A stretch of DNA of 64,000 nucleotides from Arcobacteraceae bacterium (lineage in GTDB: Bacteria > Campylobacterota > Campylobacteria > Campylobacterales > Arcobacteraceae): positions 96,001 to 160,000 of the forward strand of contig CBDCZH010000015.1 of the NCBI GenBank assembly GCA_965224485.1. Reading direction: 5' to 3'. The position numbers were made by a program, and so were the translations under genes. Each line of letters starts with the position of its first letter. Positions within the stretch are counted from its first letter, which is position 1. Under the pieces are notes generated by a model. It saw nothing but the letters and a program-made list of their open reading frames with translations, ran no database searches and was not told the DNA's origin. Below, one piece after another: positions 26,180 through 35,470 of the stretch.

Positions 26180-28485
26180 TACATATAATTGTTATTTTCT
26201 TCACTTAGTTTTTCATTGCTATTATATAAAGCAGAGCTAACATTATTTGTGAAGTTCTTATTTTCTTTTTGATTATCAGACATATTATCAAATGATGAAT
26301 TATTTGAACCCTGCTCACTATTACTAAAATCTAAAGAAACATTAATTCCTTCAAAGTTCTTAGCAAGTGCTGCTTTTAAAGAACTTTGAGAATCAATCAT
26401 AGCATCTAAAGTAGAAGAATTAGAAGCACTTAAACTGACAGTTAAACCAGCAGTTTTACTTGATTTCATCATAATAGCAATAGAACCCAAATTACCAGGT
26501 GAAAGGTTGATTTTAAAAGCAGTAACAGGAGGTTTATAGTTTTCGTACATTTTTTTTGCTATATCTGACATCATTGAAGACATACGTTGTTTTGCACCTA
26601 CTATTTTATTAATAATATTATTTGCAAGTATAGGACTTACACTAAGAGTTGTTTCTTCTACTTTAGAAGTAGACGAAGTAGAGTTTTTTTCAAGAGTTGC
26701 TAAAGAATTTGAAATTTCTGAAATATCAATTTTTGCAATATTTTTATTAAATACAATTCTATCTAAAGAAGATTTTTTAATATTTTTTGCATGATCATTT
26801 TTAACATGATCAATTTTTAAATCGCCATTTTTACCATTATCTACTTTTTCATGTTCAATTTTTGAACTTTTCATATTTAAACCTAAAACTTTTGCAGCTT
26901 CTTTTACGCCTTCCATGGATTTTTTGTCTTCTACAATTGTTTTAGCATTTTGTTTATTTTGAATTGTCATATCATCATAAGATTTTTTTTGAGAGCTTAG
27001 AAAGATATTTGTTAATACATCATTTTTAGAATTAGAGCTTTTTTTCGTATCTATTTTACTAGATACATTAACTTTTTTTTCTTTAATTTCTTCTACTTTA
27101 GTTTTAGTATTAATTAATTGATCAAAAAATGATTTATTATTTATTTTATTTGAACTCTTAGCTTCTACTAAAATATCTTTGTTTATATTTACAGGAGTTT
27201 CTTTTGTATTTAAAGAAGCTAAATCATTTGCAAGTTTTACATTTTTAACATTATTTACAGAACCCAGATTCTTAGTCACATTAAGATTTCTAAAATTATT
27301 TAAATTCTTAGAATTATCTGAAATATTTATTTCTTTATTATTCTTAATTTCTAATGTTTTATTCTCATTTGAGTCTTTTTTTAGAACACTCTTTGAAAAT
27401 ATATCTTTTTTTTCTATTTTATTATCATTTTCTTCAAGATTCAAAAAAGAAGACTTTAAAGAAAATTTTTCTTCTTTATTAGAAGTATCATTTTTATTAA
27501 GCAAAGGATTCAAGGAAAGTTCATTGCTTTTTATCTCTTTATTATTTTTACTTGAAGAAAGTGTATTTAAAGTATTACTGTTATTTTCAGTTTTTATATT
27601 TTCATTGTTTTTAGATGTTGAATCTAATAAATTTTCCTTATTTAGGTTTTTTAGGTTTTTTAGATTTTTTGAGGTATTTTTAGTTTCAATTATATTATTA
27701 GATTTATTATTTTTGCTATCTTTGTCATCACTTTTAACTTTCTTGTTAGTACTAAGTTCATTCGAATTTTGTGAAATATCTTTAGGTCCACTATCTTTAT
27801 TATCACTTTTAAGTATAGTCTCAAGTGTACTAGTGTTGCTTTTATCACTTTGTTTTTTGTTTTTAACAGACTCAGTGATTGTATCTTTTGTTGTGATTTT
27901 TAAAAGATTAGTTTTATCACTATTATCTTCATTTACATTTTTATTTTTTAAATTCTTTTCATCTTCTAAACTAAGAGTTTTTTCTTTTTTTAAAAGTTTA
28001 TTTTTAGGATTATTTTCTTTTATATCTTTTGTATCTTTTTCTTGAGCTTTTTTTCCAGTTTTAGTATCACTTGGCTTATTTTCACTATTAGAAATAGTAT
28101 TTTTAGCCTCAATTATCAATCTATCTAATAAAGAACTAGTTTTTGCTCCACTTTCTTTACTTATATTGTTTTTACTAGAATCAGTAGTAATAAACTTATT
28201 ATTTTTTTTACTATTATTTAATTCTTTTTTATTATATAAGTCTTTTTCTTTTTTTTCATCTTTTGAAGTTTTATTTAAAGCAGATGTATTTTTTTCAATT
28301 TTTGCTTCTTTTATATCTTGTGTTTCTTTTTTCTCACTTACTTCATTTGAAGTAGAAACTTTTTCTTTTGCTTTATTCATTAATGAATCAAATAAAGATG
28401 GTTCTTTTTTCTCTTCAATATGATTATTATTACTACTTTTTACAGCTCTTACCTCTGTAAGATCAAAAGCAATTTCTTTAGTCAT
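26179..28485 (-). CDS. fliK: Flagellar hook-length control protein FliK
   Basis: Long low-complexity N/K/S-rich region; C-terminal T3S4 domain (INLSPGNLGSIAI). Confidence 0.85.
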   Translation of the reverse strand: MTKEIAFDLTEVRAVKSSNNNHIEEKKEPSLFDSLMNKAKEKVSTSNEVSEKKETQDIKEAKIEKNTSALNKTSKDEKKEKDLYNKKELNNSKKNNKFITTDSSKNNISKESGAKTSSLLDRLIIEAKNTISNSENKPSDTKTGKKAQEKDTKDIKENNPKNKLLKKEKTLSLEDEKNLKNKNVNEDNSDKTNLLKITTKDTITESVKNKKQSDKSNTSTLETILKSDNKDSGPKDISQNSNELSTNKKVKSDDKDSKNNKSNNIIETKNTSKNLKNLKNLNKENLLDSTSKNNENIKTENNSNTLNTLSSSKNNKEIKSNELSLNPLLNKNDTSNKEEKFSLKSSFLNLEENDNKIEKKDIFSKSVLKKDSNENKTLEIKNNKEINISDNSKNLNNFRNLNVTKNLGSVNNVKNVKLANDLASLNTKETPVNINKDILVEAKSSNKINNKSFFDQLINTKTKVEEIKEKKVNVSSKIDTKKSSNSKNDVLTNIFLSSQKKSYDDMTIQNKQNAKTIVEDKKSMEGVKEAAKVLGLNMKSSKIEHEKVDNGKNGDLKIDHVKNDHAKNIKKSSLDRIVFNKNIAKIDISEISNSLATLEKNSTSSTSKVEETTLSVSPILANNIINKIVGAKQRMSSMMSDIAKKMYENYKPPVTAFKINLSPGNLGSIAIMMKSSKTAGLTVSLSASNSSTLDAMIDSQSSLKAALAKNFEGINVSLDFSNSEQGSNNSSFDNMSDNQKENKNFTNNVSSALYNSNEKLSEENNNYM
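27641..27667. repeat. In-frame 9-bp tandem repeat x3 in fliK
   Basis: TTTAGGTTT TTTAGGTTT TTTAGATTT, encoding KNLKNLKNL. Confidence 0.7.
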
Positions 28486-28486
28486 T

Positions 28487-28912
28487 TTACATACCTCTTA
28501 AAATTGCTAAAGTTTTAGTATCCATAGTTTTTTGCGTAGTAAAAGCTGAAACATTTGCTTCATAAGCTCTCATAGCTTCAATTAAATCTACCATTTCAAT
28601 TACTGGGTTGATATTTGGATAAGCAACATATCCTTTATCATTTGCATCAGGATGTTCAGGTTCATATTTTAATATTGGTTTATCATTTGAACTTGTAATA
28701 GATTTAACTCCAACACCTTTTAAAGAAGCATCTTGTCTATTTTGGTTTTGTAATAATAATTCTTGAAATACTACATTTTGCTTTTTATAAGGACCACCTT
28801 CTGTTGTATGTGTGGTCTGAGCATTTGCGATATTCGCACTAACTATATTTATCCTAGTTCTTTGAGCACCCATACCTGATGTTGCAATATTATAACCATC
28901 AAAAAATCCCAT
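28487..28912 (-). CDS. flgC: Basal-body rod protein FlgC
   Basis: SGMGAQRTR..NIANA, YEPEHPDA..GYV.YPN, EMVDLIEA.RAYEAN. Confidence 0.97.
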   Translation of the reverse strand: MGFFDGYNIATSGMGAQRTRINIVSANIANAQTTHTTEGGPYKKQNVVFQELLLQNQNRQDASLKGVGVKSITSSNDKPILKYEPEHPDANDKGYVAYPNINPVIEMVDLIEAMRAYEANVSAFTTQKTMDTKTLAILRGM

Positions 28913-28925
28913 AATAAATCCTTAT

Positions 28926-29228
28926 TTATACTTGCATTTTCATTATTTCTTTAAAAGAACCAATAGCTTTATTCTTAACTTCTAAGGCTAGTTTTAAAGA
29001 TAGTTCTGCTTCTTCAATTCTTTGTACAGCTTCTTGTAGATTTGCAACTTTACCTGTTGCAATTCCTTCCATAGCTTTATACCCTTGTACTTGTGCTTCA
29101 TTTACTTCACCAATAGCATCTTTAAGCATGGCTTGAAAACTTACAGAAGAACTAGCATTATTATTTACATTATTAACATTATTTATATTTCCAAGATTAG
29201 AAATTTGATTTATTGAATTAATATCCAT
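28926..29228 (-). CDS. fliE: Hook-basal body protein FliE
   Basis: F..ML..A..EVN..Q; EAELSL.LALEVKNK...FKEIMKMQV. Confidence 0.93.
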   Translation of the reverse strand: MDINSINQISNLGNINNVNNVNNNASSSVSFQAMLKDAIGEVNEAQVQGYKAMEGIATGKVANLQEAVQRIEEAELSLKLALEVKNKAIGSFKEIMKMQV

Positions 29229-29239
29229 TTATCTTCCTT

Positions 29240-29560
29240 TTAGGATTTAATATTACTTAGTTCGACTTCTTGAGCTTTAAGTTCATTAAGTAAAAATTCC
29301 ATTTTTTCTGCTTGAGCATTAAATTCAAGCTCATTTTTTTTATTATCTAAACTAAATAAAAGTATTATCATTGAAAACATCATATTTGCAACACCTTTTA
29401 ACACTACGGTTACAAAAACAACTCCTAATATAATCTCAACAGAAGTAAATAATTCTGCATTTAGTACGAAAAAAATTAAAGTAGCGAAAAATCCAGTGGC
29501 TATATATATTTTGAAAATACCACTATTTATTACAGATTTTGAAAATCTTTCTACTACCAA
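29240..29560 (-). CDS. Small two-TM protein downstream of flhFG (positional FlgV candidate)
   Basis: Two hydrophobic helices and a charged C-tail; immediately after flhG. Confidence 0.7.
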   Translation of the reverse strand: MVVERFSKSVINSGIFKIYIATGFFATLIFFVLNAELFTSVEIILGVVFVTVVLKGVANMMFSMIILLFSLDNKKNELEFNAQAEKMEFLLNELKAQEVELSNIKS

Positions 29561-29568
29561 ATTTATTC

Positions 29569-30390
29569 CTAATTCATATTAATTAGTAATGACTCCACTA
29601 TCATTTCAAGCTCTTTACAAACGGGCTCTTTATTGAACTCATTTACAAAAAGTTTTCTTAATCTTCCTGTTGTTGAAACGTTGCGTGAACTACTCACATT
29701 ACCTATGTATTTTATCATAAAATCAGCTCTAAGCCTATTTTTCCTTGAGAGTTTTTCCAAAGAATTAGTTATAGATTCTCCTATTTTGTAGTTTTTTGTA
29801 TGATTAAAGCATAACATAAGCGAACTTTTATCTTTGGATAACATTTTCATTAAAGCGTATACATCCGTAAGTGCACTTGGGTCTGTTGTTGTTATTGCTA
29901 AAATATTACTTGAAACTGATAAAAATTCTTTTACATATTCATTTAATCCAGCACCAGTATCTATTAAAATATAATCAAATTTATTTAAAGCAACCACATC
30001 TTCAACAATTCTAGCAAAGACTGAAGAATTTGAATTATTCGCGTACTGATAGGCACTTTTCCCTGCAATTAAAGTTATATTTTTATACTCAGTTTCTAAT
30101 AAAGTATCTTCTAAGGGGACTTTCCCTTCAATATAATCAAAAAGAGTTTTTTTTGGTTTTAAATTAAATAAAACCTGCATATTTGCTAAACCAATATCTG
30201 CATCAATTACTGCAATTTTCAAACCCCTTTGAGCTAAAAGATAAGAAATATTTGCAGTAAAGGTTGATTTACCAACCCCTCCTTTTCCAGAAGTTATAGT
30301 TAAAATCTTTGACTTTGATTCTGACTTTAGTGTTGCTTTTTTTGCAATAGAGACTAATTTACTTGCTTGTGAAGAGATAGAATTTAACAT
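29569..30390 (-). CDS. flhG: MinD-like ATPase FlhG
   Basis: TSGKGGVGKS, DADIGLAN, DTGAG, TDVYALMK; follows flhF. Confidence 0.93.
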   Translation of the reverse strand: MLNSISSQASKLVSIAKKATLKSESKSKILTITSGKGGVGKSTFTANISYLLAQRGLKIAVIDADIGLANMQVLFNLKPKKTLFDYIEGKVPLEDTLLETEYKNITLIAGKSAYQYANNSNSSVFARIVEDVVALNKFDYILIDTGAGLNEYVKEFLSVSSNILAITTTDPSALTDVYALMKMLSKDKSSLMLCFNHTKNYKIGESITNSLEKLSRKNRLRADFMIKYIGNVSSSRNVSTTGRLRKLFVNEFNKEPVCKELEMIVESLLINMN

Positions 30391-31533
30391 CTAAAACCTA
30401 TTACACGATGAATTCATAAAACAATCAATTAAATAAGAAGAATCTGAAACAATTAAATCATCAGGAACATTTTGCCCTATTGAAAAATATGTAATAGACT
30501 TTTTAGTTTTATGTGCAAAAGAAATTAAGTTACCAAAACTTTTCGTTTCATCTAGTTTTGTAAAAGTTAAATAATCAATATTCAATCTTGAATATGAAGT
30601 ATAAATATCTAATAAATCGCTTTGTTTGACATTAGCAGGCATAACAAGTATTTTTTCAATTGGTAACTCGTCAACCTTTTTTTGGTATTCATTAATAATC
30701 TCAATCTTATCTACATCATATTGAGAAGAACCAGCAGTATCAATAAATATATAATTACAATCTTTTAATCGCAACAATGCTTCAACTAAATCTTCTGGTT
30801 TTTTAACAACCTCTAGAGGCAATCTCATGATATTAGAATAAGCTTGTAACTGCTCAATCGCTCCAACTCTAAAAGAATCAAGAGTCACTATTCCAACTTT
30901 ATAGTTTTGTCCTAATTTATAGGCATAACGAGCAGCAAGTTTTGCAATAGTTGTTGTTTTTCCAACACCAGTAGGTCCTACCATCATCATAATTTTTCTT
31001 TGATGTTTTCTTAAAGGAACTTCATGTTTAATTGGAATAATTCTTCTTAGAATTAATTTAAAAAAATCATTTACTTTTTTTGGATTAGATTTCATAGCAA
31101 TTGGAAGTTGTTTAATCGTTTTTTTCATTATAGTATAAGTCATTTCTTGATCAAATTCATTTTTTTCAAAAAGATTATACATATCAACAAATTCTAAGGG
31201 AATATTTAAATCATAAAGTTGTGACTTAGGTTCCCAAATTGATTTTTGAACATTTACAATGGCATCTTGCATTTTAAGAATTTCTTCTTTAAAATCATAA
31301 AATTTTGTAATTACTTTTTCTTCTTTATTAGAAGTTTTTGAAACAGCTTTTTTTGTAAATATACTTGAGGTTTCAGACAAATCTTCAATTCCAACAATTA
31401 CTTCATACATAGCAGGAGAATGTACATCAGAGATTTTTTTAGTTGAGATAACTATAGCATCTTCACCACACTCATCTTGAGCATTTCTTAAGGCATAAGT
31501 AGGAGTTTTTCCTAAAAAGGACAACATCTTCAT
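30391..31533 (-). CDS. flhF: SRP-type GTPase FlhF
   Basis: GPTGVGKTTTIAKLAA, DSFR, DTAG, TKLDET, GQNVPDD. Confidence 0.96.
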   Translation of the reverse strand: MKMLSFLGKTPTYALRNAQDECGEDAIVISTKKISDVHSPAMYEVIVGIEDLSETSSIFTKKAVSKTSNKEEKVITKFYDFKEEILKMQDAIVNVQKSIWEPKSQLYDLNIPLEFVDMYNLFEKNEFDQEMTYTIMKKTIKQLPIAMKSNPKKVNDFFKLILRRIIPIKHEVPLRKHQRKIMMMVGPTGVGKTTTIAKLAARYAYKLGQNYKVGIVTLDSFRVGAIEQLQAYSNIMRLPLEVVKKPEDLVEALLRLKDCNYIFIDTAGSSQYDVDKIEIINEYQKKVDELPIEKILVMPANVKQSDLLDIYTSYSRLNIDYLTFTKLDETKSFGNLISFAHKTKKSITYFSIGQNVPDDLIVSDSSYLIDCFMNSSCNRF

Positions 31534-31934
31534 CTAGTTTTTCCATCTTTATATATTTTTTCTATTTTTCCATTACTTTTTTTAATAGTAATATATTTAT
31601 TATTTTGAAAAAGTATTTTTCCCTCTTTTTCTATTTCTAAACTACCAAATTGAAAAATTACTGAATCTTTTTTATATACTTTTATATCTTTTAAACAAAT
31701 AATTGAACCTTTATTTATATAATGTTTTGATACAAAAGTATTATTATTGTACATTTTAATAGTAAAAGCTTTACAATCTTTTTTAAGTCTAGCTGATTTA
31801 AATAACATTAATTTAGTTGAATCTATTTTTTCTTTATATTTTATATCATCTTTTGCTATAATTACATCAATTGCATATATATTTAAAGAAAAAACAATAA
31901 AAAAAGAAAGTATTATTTTATACTTTAATTTCAA
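31530..31934 (-). CDS. flgA: Short FlgA-like (SAF domain) periplasmic protein
   Basis: TTG start after GGAGG; signal peptide; VIIAKDDI...SKHYINKGSII...GSLEIEKEG...ITIKKSNGKI resembles the FlgA C-terminal domains. Confidence 0.55.
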   Translation of the reverse strand: MKLKYKIILSFFIVFSLNIYAIDVIIAKDDIKYKEKIDSTKLMLFKSARLKKDCKAFTIKMYNNNTFVSKHYINKGSIICLKDIKVYKKDSVIFQFGSLEIEKEGKILFQNNKYITIKKSNGKIEKIYKDGKTR

Positions 31935-32295
31935 AAACAGATCCTCCATTTTGAGCTGTTAAATCATCAACAATATCTTTGTACATTTGTTGAACGGGAA
32001 GAACAATCGAAGCTAGTCTTCCATTTAATTTATGAAGTTCTTTTAGACGATCTTCTAAGTTATCAACTTTTTGCCTATATTCATTTACATCTTCATCATT
32101 TTGCATGGCTTGAACTAAATAAGAATTTAGTTCACCTTTTAAAGAAACGATTTTTTCCATCATTTCTTGTTTTATATCATTTCTTGTAAGCAAATTCTCA
32201 TGTTTTGCTTCTTTTATATCTTCTATATCTATAAGTATTGCATCTTTTAACTTTTCTACTAAGTTTAGCATTTCATCTATTGTTTTATCAATCAT
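31918..32295 (-). CDS. flgN: Flagellar export chaperone FlgN-like
   Basis: All-helical; DIEDIK.AKH, L.EL..LN.RL pattern; follows flgJ. Confidence 0.7.
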   Translation of the reverse strand: MIDKTIDEMLNLVEKLKDAILIDIEDIKEAKHENLLTRNDIKQEMMEKIVSLKGELNSYLVQAMQNDEDVNEYRQKVDNLEDRLKELHKLNGRLASIVLPVQQMYKDIVDDLTAQNGGSVFEIKV

Positions 32296-32303
32296 TTTAA
32301 ATC

Positions 32304-32600
32304 CTAATTTTTTTCACTTAAAAATTTATACAACATATCACTAATACCTAAAGAACCAGATGAGTTTTTACTCAAAGCTTCTGTATACATACCTTTAACA
32401 ATATCACTACCAACACCTTCACCAGCAACTTTGGTTGAGCGTAAAGAAACATCCATTAATTGTTGCATAAAAAACGATTCAAAATCATTACATACATCTT
32501 TTAACTTATCACCTTGTAGTTTTGAGGTATCTACATTTTTTAGTTTATCACTAGAAAGTTTAGAAACATCTATATTTGTTGTAGCACTTATATCCATCAT
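32304..32600 (-). CDS. flgJ: Rod-binding (single-domain) FlgJ
   Basis: LK..C.DFES.F, GSDI..GMY..AL, GISDMLY..L; no muramidase domain. Confidence 0.85.
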   Translation of the reverse strand: MMDISATTNIDVSKLSSDKLKNVDTSKLQGDKLKDVCNDFESFFMQQLMDVSLRSTKVAGEGVGSDIVKGMYTEALSKNSSGSLGISDMLYKFLSEKN

Positions 32601-33367
32601 TCTTCCAATCTATCAAAAAAGTTTTCTTCTGCTAAAATATTATCTTTATCATTATTAGAATAAAATCTAATTTCAACCCTTCTATTATCAGCAGCATTAT
32701 CACTTTTAGGATGATAAGAGGAAAAAGCTGATACTTTTAATTGTGCAGGATCAATTCTATTTTTTATCAGCTCTTTAACAACAGATATTGAACGCAAGGC
32801 TGAAATATCCCAGCCATCTCTAGGAATAGTATCATTAACATAATTACCCCTATCTGTATGCCCTATAATTTCAATATTAAAACTATTTGGCATAGTTCTA
32901 ATAACTCTTGCAATTTTTGAAATAAAACGCTTTGCTGCTTTATTACTTAAGGCATATTCTCCTTCATTAAACATAACAGAAGAAGGAATATCTAAGCTAA
33001 ACTCATTCTCTTTTTTTACCATTTCTAATAGTTCATTTTCATCTTGAGCTGATTCATTCATTTGTTCAACCAAAGATTCTATTTCTTCTTCAGCATCTTC
33101 AGCTTCTTCATCAGAATCAGCTTTTCCTTCAGCTTCACCTTTACTTGTATCTGTCATATCGCTTTGGGTTTCAGCATCAGTTGTATCATCTAAGAAACCC
33201 ATAGCTTTTTTCATTACATCAAAATACTCTTCAACTTTTTTCTTATCCATTACAGCCATAGAAAGAAGTAAAATAAAGAAAGTTAATAATAAAGACATCA
33301 AATCACCAAATTGCACTAACCAACCAGGTAAACATGTTTCACATTCAGGACATTTGTTTTTAGCCAT
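32597..33367 (-). CDS. motB: Stator B subunit (MotB/PomB type)
   Basis: W..F.DLMSLLLTFFILLLSM TM with the catalytic Asp; OmpA-like domain GHTD...NRRVEI. Confidence 0.95.
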   Translation of the reverse strand: MAKNKCPECETCLPGWLVQFGDLMSLLLTFFILLLSMAVMDKKKVEEYFDVMKKAMGFLDDTTDAETQSDMTDTSKGEAEGKADSDEEAEDAEEEIESLVEQMNESAQDENELLEMVKKENEFSLDIPSSVMFNEGEYALSNKAAKRFISKIARVIRTMPNSFNIEIIGHTDRGNYVNDTIPRDGWDISALRSISVVKELIKNRIDPAQLKVSAFSSYHPKSDNAADNRRVEIRFYSNNDKDNILAEENFFDRLEE

Positions 33368-33372
33368 TATAA

Positions 33373-34128
33373 TTACTCAGAAGAGTCAACTAACATAGCG
33401 TTTAGTTTCATCTTTATATTTCCAATAGACTCTTCTGAAGCAATCATAGCCGTTCCTGTCATAATAACTTCATTTGAGATAGCCTCAACCTTATGTTTTT
33501 GTAATAGTTTACTTTCAATTATTCCTGCAAAAAGTGTACCTATTAGCGCCCCATACATAGTTGTAAGTAAAGCAACAGCCATAGCAGGACCAACAGCAGC
33601 AGGATCAGAAAGGTTTGCAAGCATTGCAACAAGACCAACAAGAGTTCCAATCATTCCCATAGCTCCAGCCGTTCCTCCAATATTTCCAAATAAAGCAATC
33701 ATAACCGAGTGTCTATTATCAATATGCTCCATTTTAGTTTCTAATAAAGGAACTAGTACATCAGCTTTAGTTCCATCAACTAAAAGTTGAAAAGCTTCTT
33801 TAAAAAAAGGATTTGCTTCTCCTAAAACTTTTTGCTCAATATGCATAACTCCATGCTTTTTAATCTCAGTTGCATAAAAAGTCATTTTTTCAATTAATTC
33901 TTCCAAAGGTTCAACTTTTACCATATTAAAAGCAACTTTTAAAGCTGGAGTAACGCGTTTTAAATCAGAGCCTTCAAATTGACCTGCTGTTACAGCCATT
34001 GTTCCACCAATTACAATAATAACTGAAGGTACGTCAAGATAAGGACCAAAACCAACTCCTCCTAAAATAATAGCTAAAGCAACTAGTCCCCATCCAGCAC
34101 CTAGCCCAACTGCGGTTGTTTTATCCAT
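33373..34128 (-). CDS. motA: Stator A subunit (MotA/PomA type)
   Basis: SVIIVIGGT, GMIGTLVGLVAML, GPAMAVALLTT.YG. Confidence 0.95.
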   Translation of the reverse strand: MDKTTAVGLGAGWGLVALAIILGGVGFGPYLDVPSVIIVIGGTMAVTAGQFEGSDLKRVTPALKVAFNMVKVEPLEELIEKMTFYATEIKKHGVMHIEQKVLGEANPFFKEAFQLLVDGTKADVLVPLLETKMEHIDNRHSVMIALFGNIGGTAGAMGMIGTLVGLVAMLANLSDPAAVGPAMAVALLTTMYGALIGTLFAGIIESKLLQKHKVEAISNEVIMTGTAMIASEESIGNIKMKLNAMLVDSSE

Positions 34129-34131
34129 ATA

Positions 34132-35031
34132 TTATCCTAATCCAATTTGATTAAGTCTTGATGACTCTGAACCAATATTTTTAATTTTTAAACCAAATTT
34201 TCCCTCAACAATAACAGCTTCACCCTCACCTATTTTAATTCCATTAATTAAAATTTCTAAAGGTTCATTAACCATTTGTTCAAGTTCAATAATTTCTCCA
34301 ATATCCCATCTAAGAATATCTTTTAATAAAAACATTTTAGTTCCTAAACGAACACTTAGTTTTAACTTTATATCAAAAAGAAGTTTTAAATTTTTTGATG
34401 ATTCATCTGAAAGAAGAGCAGAAACATTAGTGTTTGCAGGAGCACTTCCAGAAGGAGAGTCAAAGGAAGAAGCTTCATTAATTGGAACCATTCCCATATC
34501 ATCAATACCACTCTCACCACTTATTTCACTAATGTAAGATAAAATAACATCATCAAAACTAACAAAAACTTGAAATTTCTCACCTCCTAATAAAAGAGCA
34601 AACTCATATAAATTTGCACTTGAAGAACAAGACTTACATTCAATTATTCTAGAGCTTTGTATTTCTGATTTTAAACCATGAACATCGGCAAAACCTTGGG
34701 CATTTACAGAAGTACAAATTGAACCACAAATATTTGAAACAATTTCATTTATTGCATCAGTAATTTCATCATCAATATGTTCTTTTAAATCACCCATTCC
34801 ACCTAACATTAAGTACTCAAATTTAGTAGCACTTTGATTTGGCACTATAATTTTCCATGTAGATGAAATATTTGAAAAATCAAATTTTGCTAAAACTTCA
34901 ACACATTGTGAAGATTCTAAATCATCAAAATTAGCTTCTTTTACATCTTCAACACTAGCTTTTTTTGATAAAAGCTGTTCTAATGTATTAGCTAACTCTT
35001 CTTTTATAATATTTGAAATATCAGATGCCAA
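34132..35031 (-). CDS. fliY: C-ring protein FliY (CheC-like plus SPOA domains)
   Basis: DAINEIVSNI CheC-like segment; C-terminal SPOA domain (VRLG...IIELEQ..EPL..GEGEAVIVEGKFG). Confidence 0.85.
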   Translation of the reverse strand: MASDISNIIKEELANTLEQLLSKKASVEDVKEANFDDLESSQCVEVLAKFDFSNISSTWKIIVPNQSATKFEYLMLGGMGDLKEHIDDEITDAINEIVSNICGSICTSVNAQGFADVHGLKSEIQSSRIIECKSCSSSANLYEFALLLGGEKFQVFVSFDDVILSYISEISGESGIDDMGMVPINEASSFDSPSGSAPANTNVSALLSDESSKNLKLLFDIKLKLSVRLGTKMFLLKDILRWDIGEIIELEQMVNEPLEILINGIKIGEGEAVIVEGKFGLKIKNIGSESSRLNQIGLG

Positions 35032-35046
35032 GTAAAATGCCTTTTA

Positions 35047-35361
35047 TTATTTATTTAAATCTTTTTCAATAGAATCAAGTAAATATGCTTTTACTTTCAT
35101 CATTTCTTCTGTAGGATACTTATACTCAGCATCTCCTCTTACAATCTTAACAAAAAAATCTTTTGATTGTTTGTTATATCCAAACTTTACATTATCTAAG
35201 ATAACTTCATTTGTTTCATCAATTGCTGACTTATTTTCATGTTTTTTATATTCTTCTTCATCTATAAGTTCAGTTTTTTTATCTACTTCTTTAACTTTTT
35301 GTATCTTTGACACATGATTTGTTTGAGCATTATCTATTTCTGAAATTCTTCCTAACTCCAT
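35047..35361 (-). CDS. flaG: FlaG family protein
   Basis: VKFGYN....FFVKI...YPTEE motif; ATG at 35361 after AAGGAGG. Confidence 0.75.
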   Translation of the reverse strand: MELGRISEIDNAQTNHVSKIQKVKEVDKKTELIDEEEYKKHENKSAIDETNEVILDNVKFGYNKQSKDFFVKIVRGDAEYKYPTEEMMKVKAYLLDSIEKDLNK

Positions 35362-35394
35362 AGTAACCTCCTTTATTAAGTACAATATTGATTA

Positions 35395-35403
35395 ATTATA
35401 CCT
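35395..35403 (-). promoter_or_regulatory. sigma70-type -10 upstream of the flaG-fliY-motAB run
   Basis: AGGTATAAT on the minus strand with periodic T-tracts upstream; no sigma28 CGAT motif seen. Confidence 0.55.
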
Positions 35404-35470
35404 AAAAAAAATTAAATTAGCTAAAAAATTAATAAAAGAATTAACATTAAAGTTATAATAAGTTTTTTTA

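Noticed and set aside
27179..28423. Long + strand ORFs (288 aa and 85 aa) rich in F/L/S
   Set aside because: Antisense shadows of the low-complexity K/N/E codons in fliK; no independent features.
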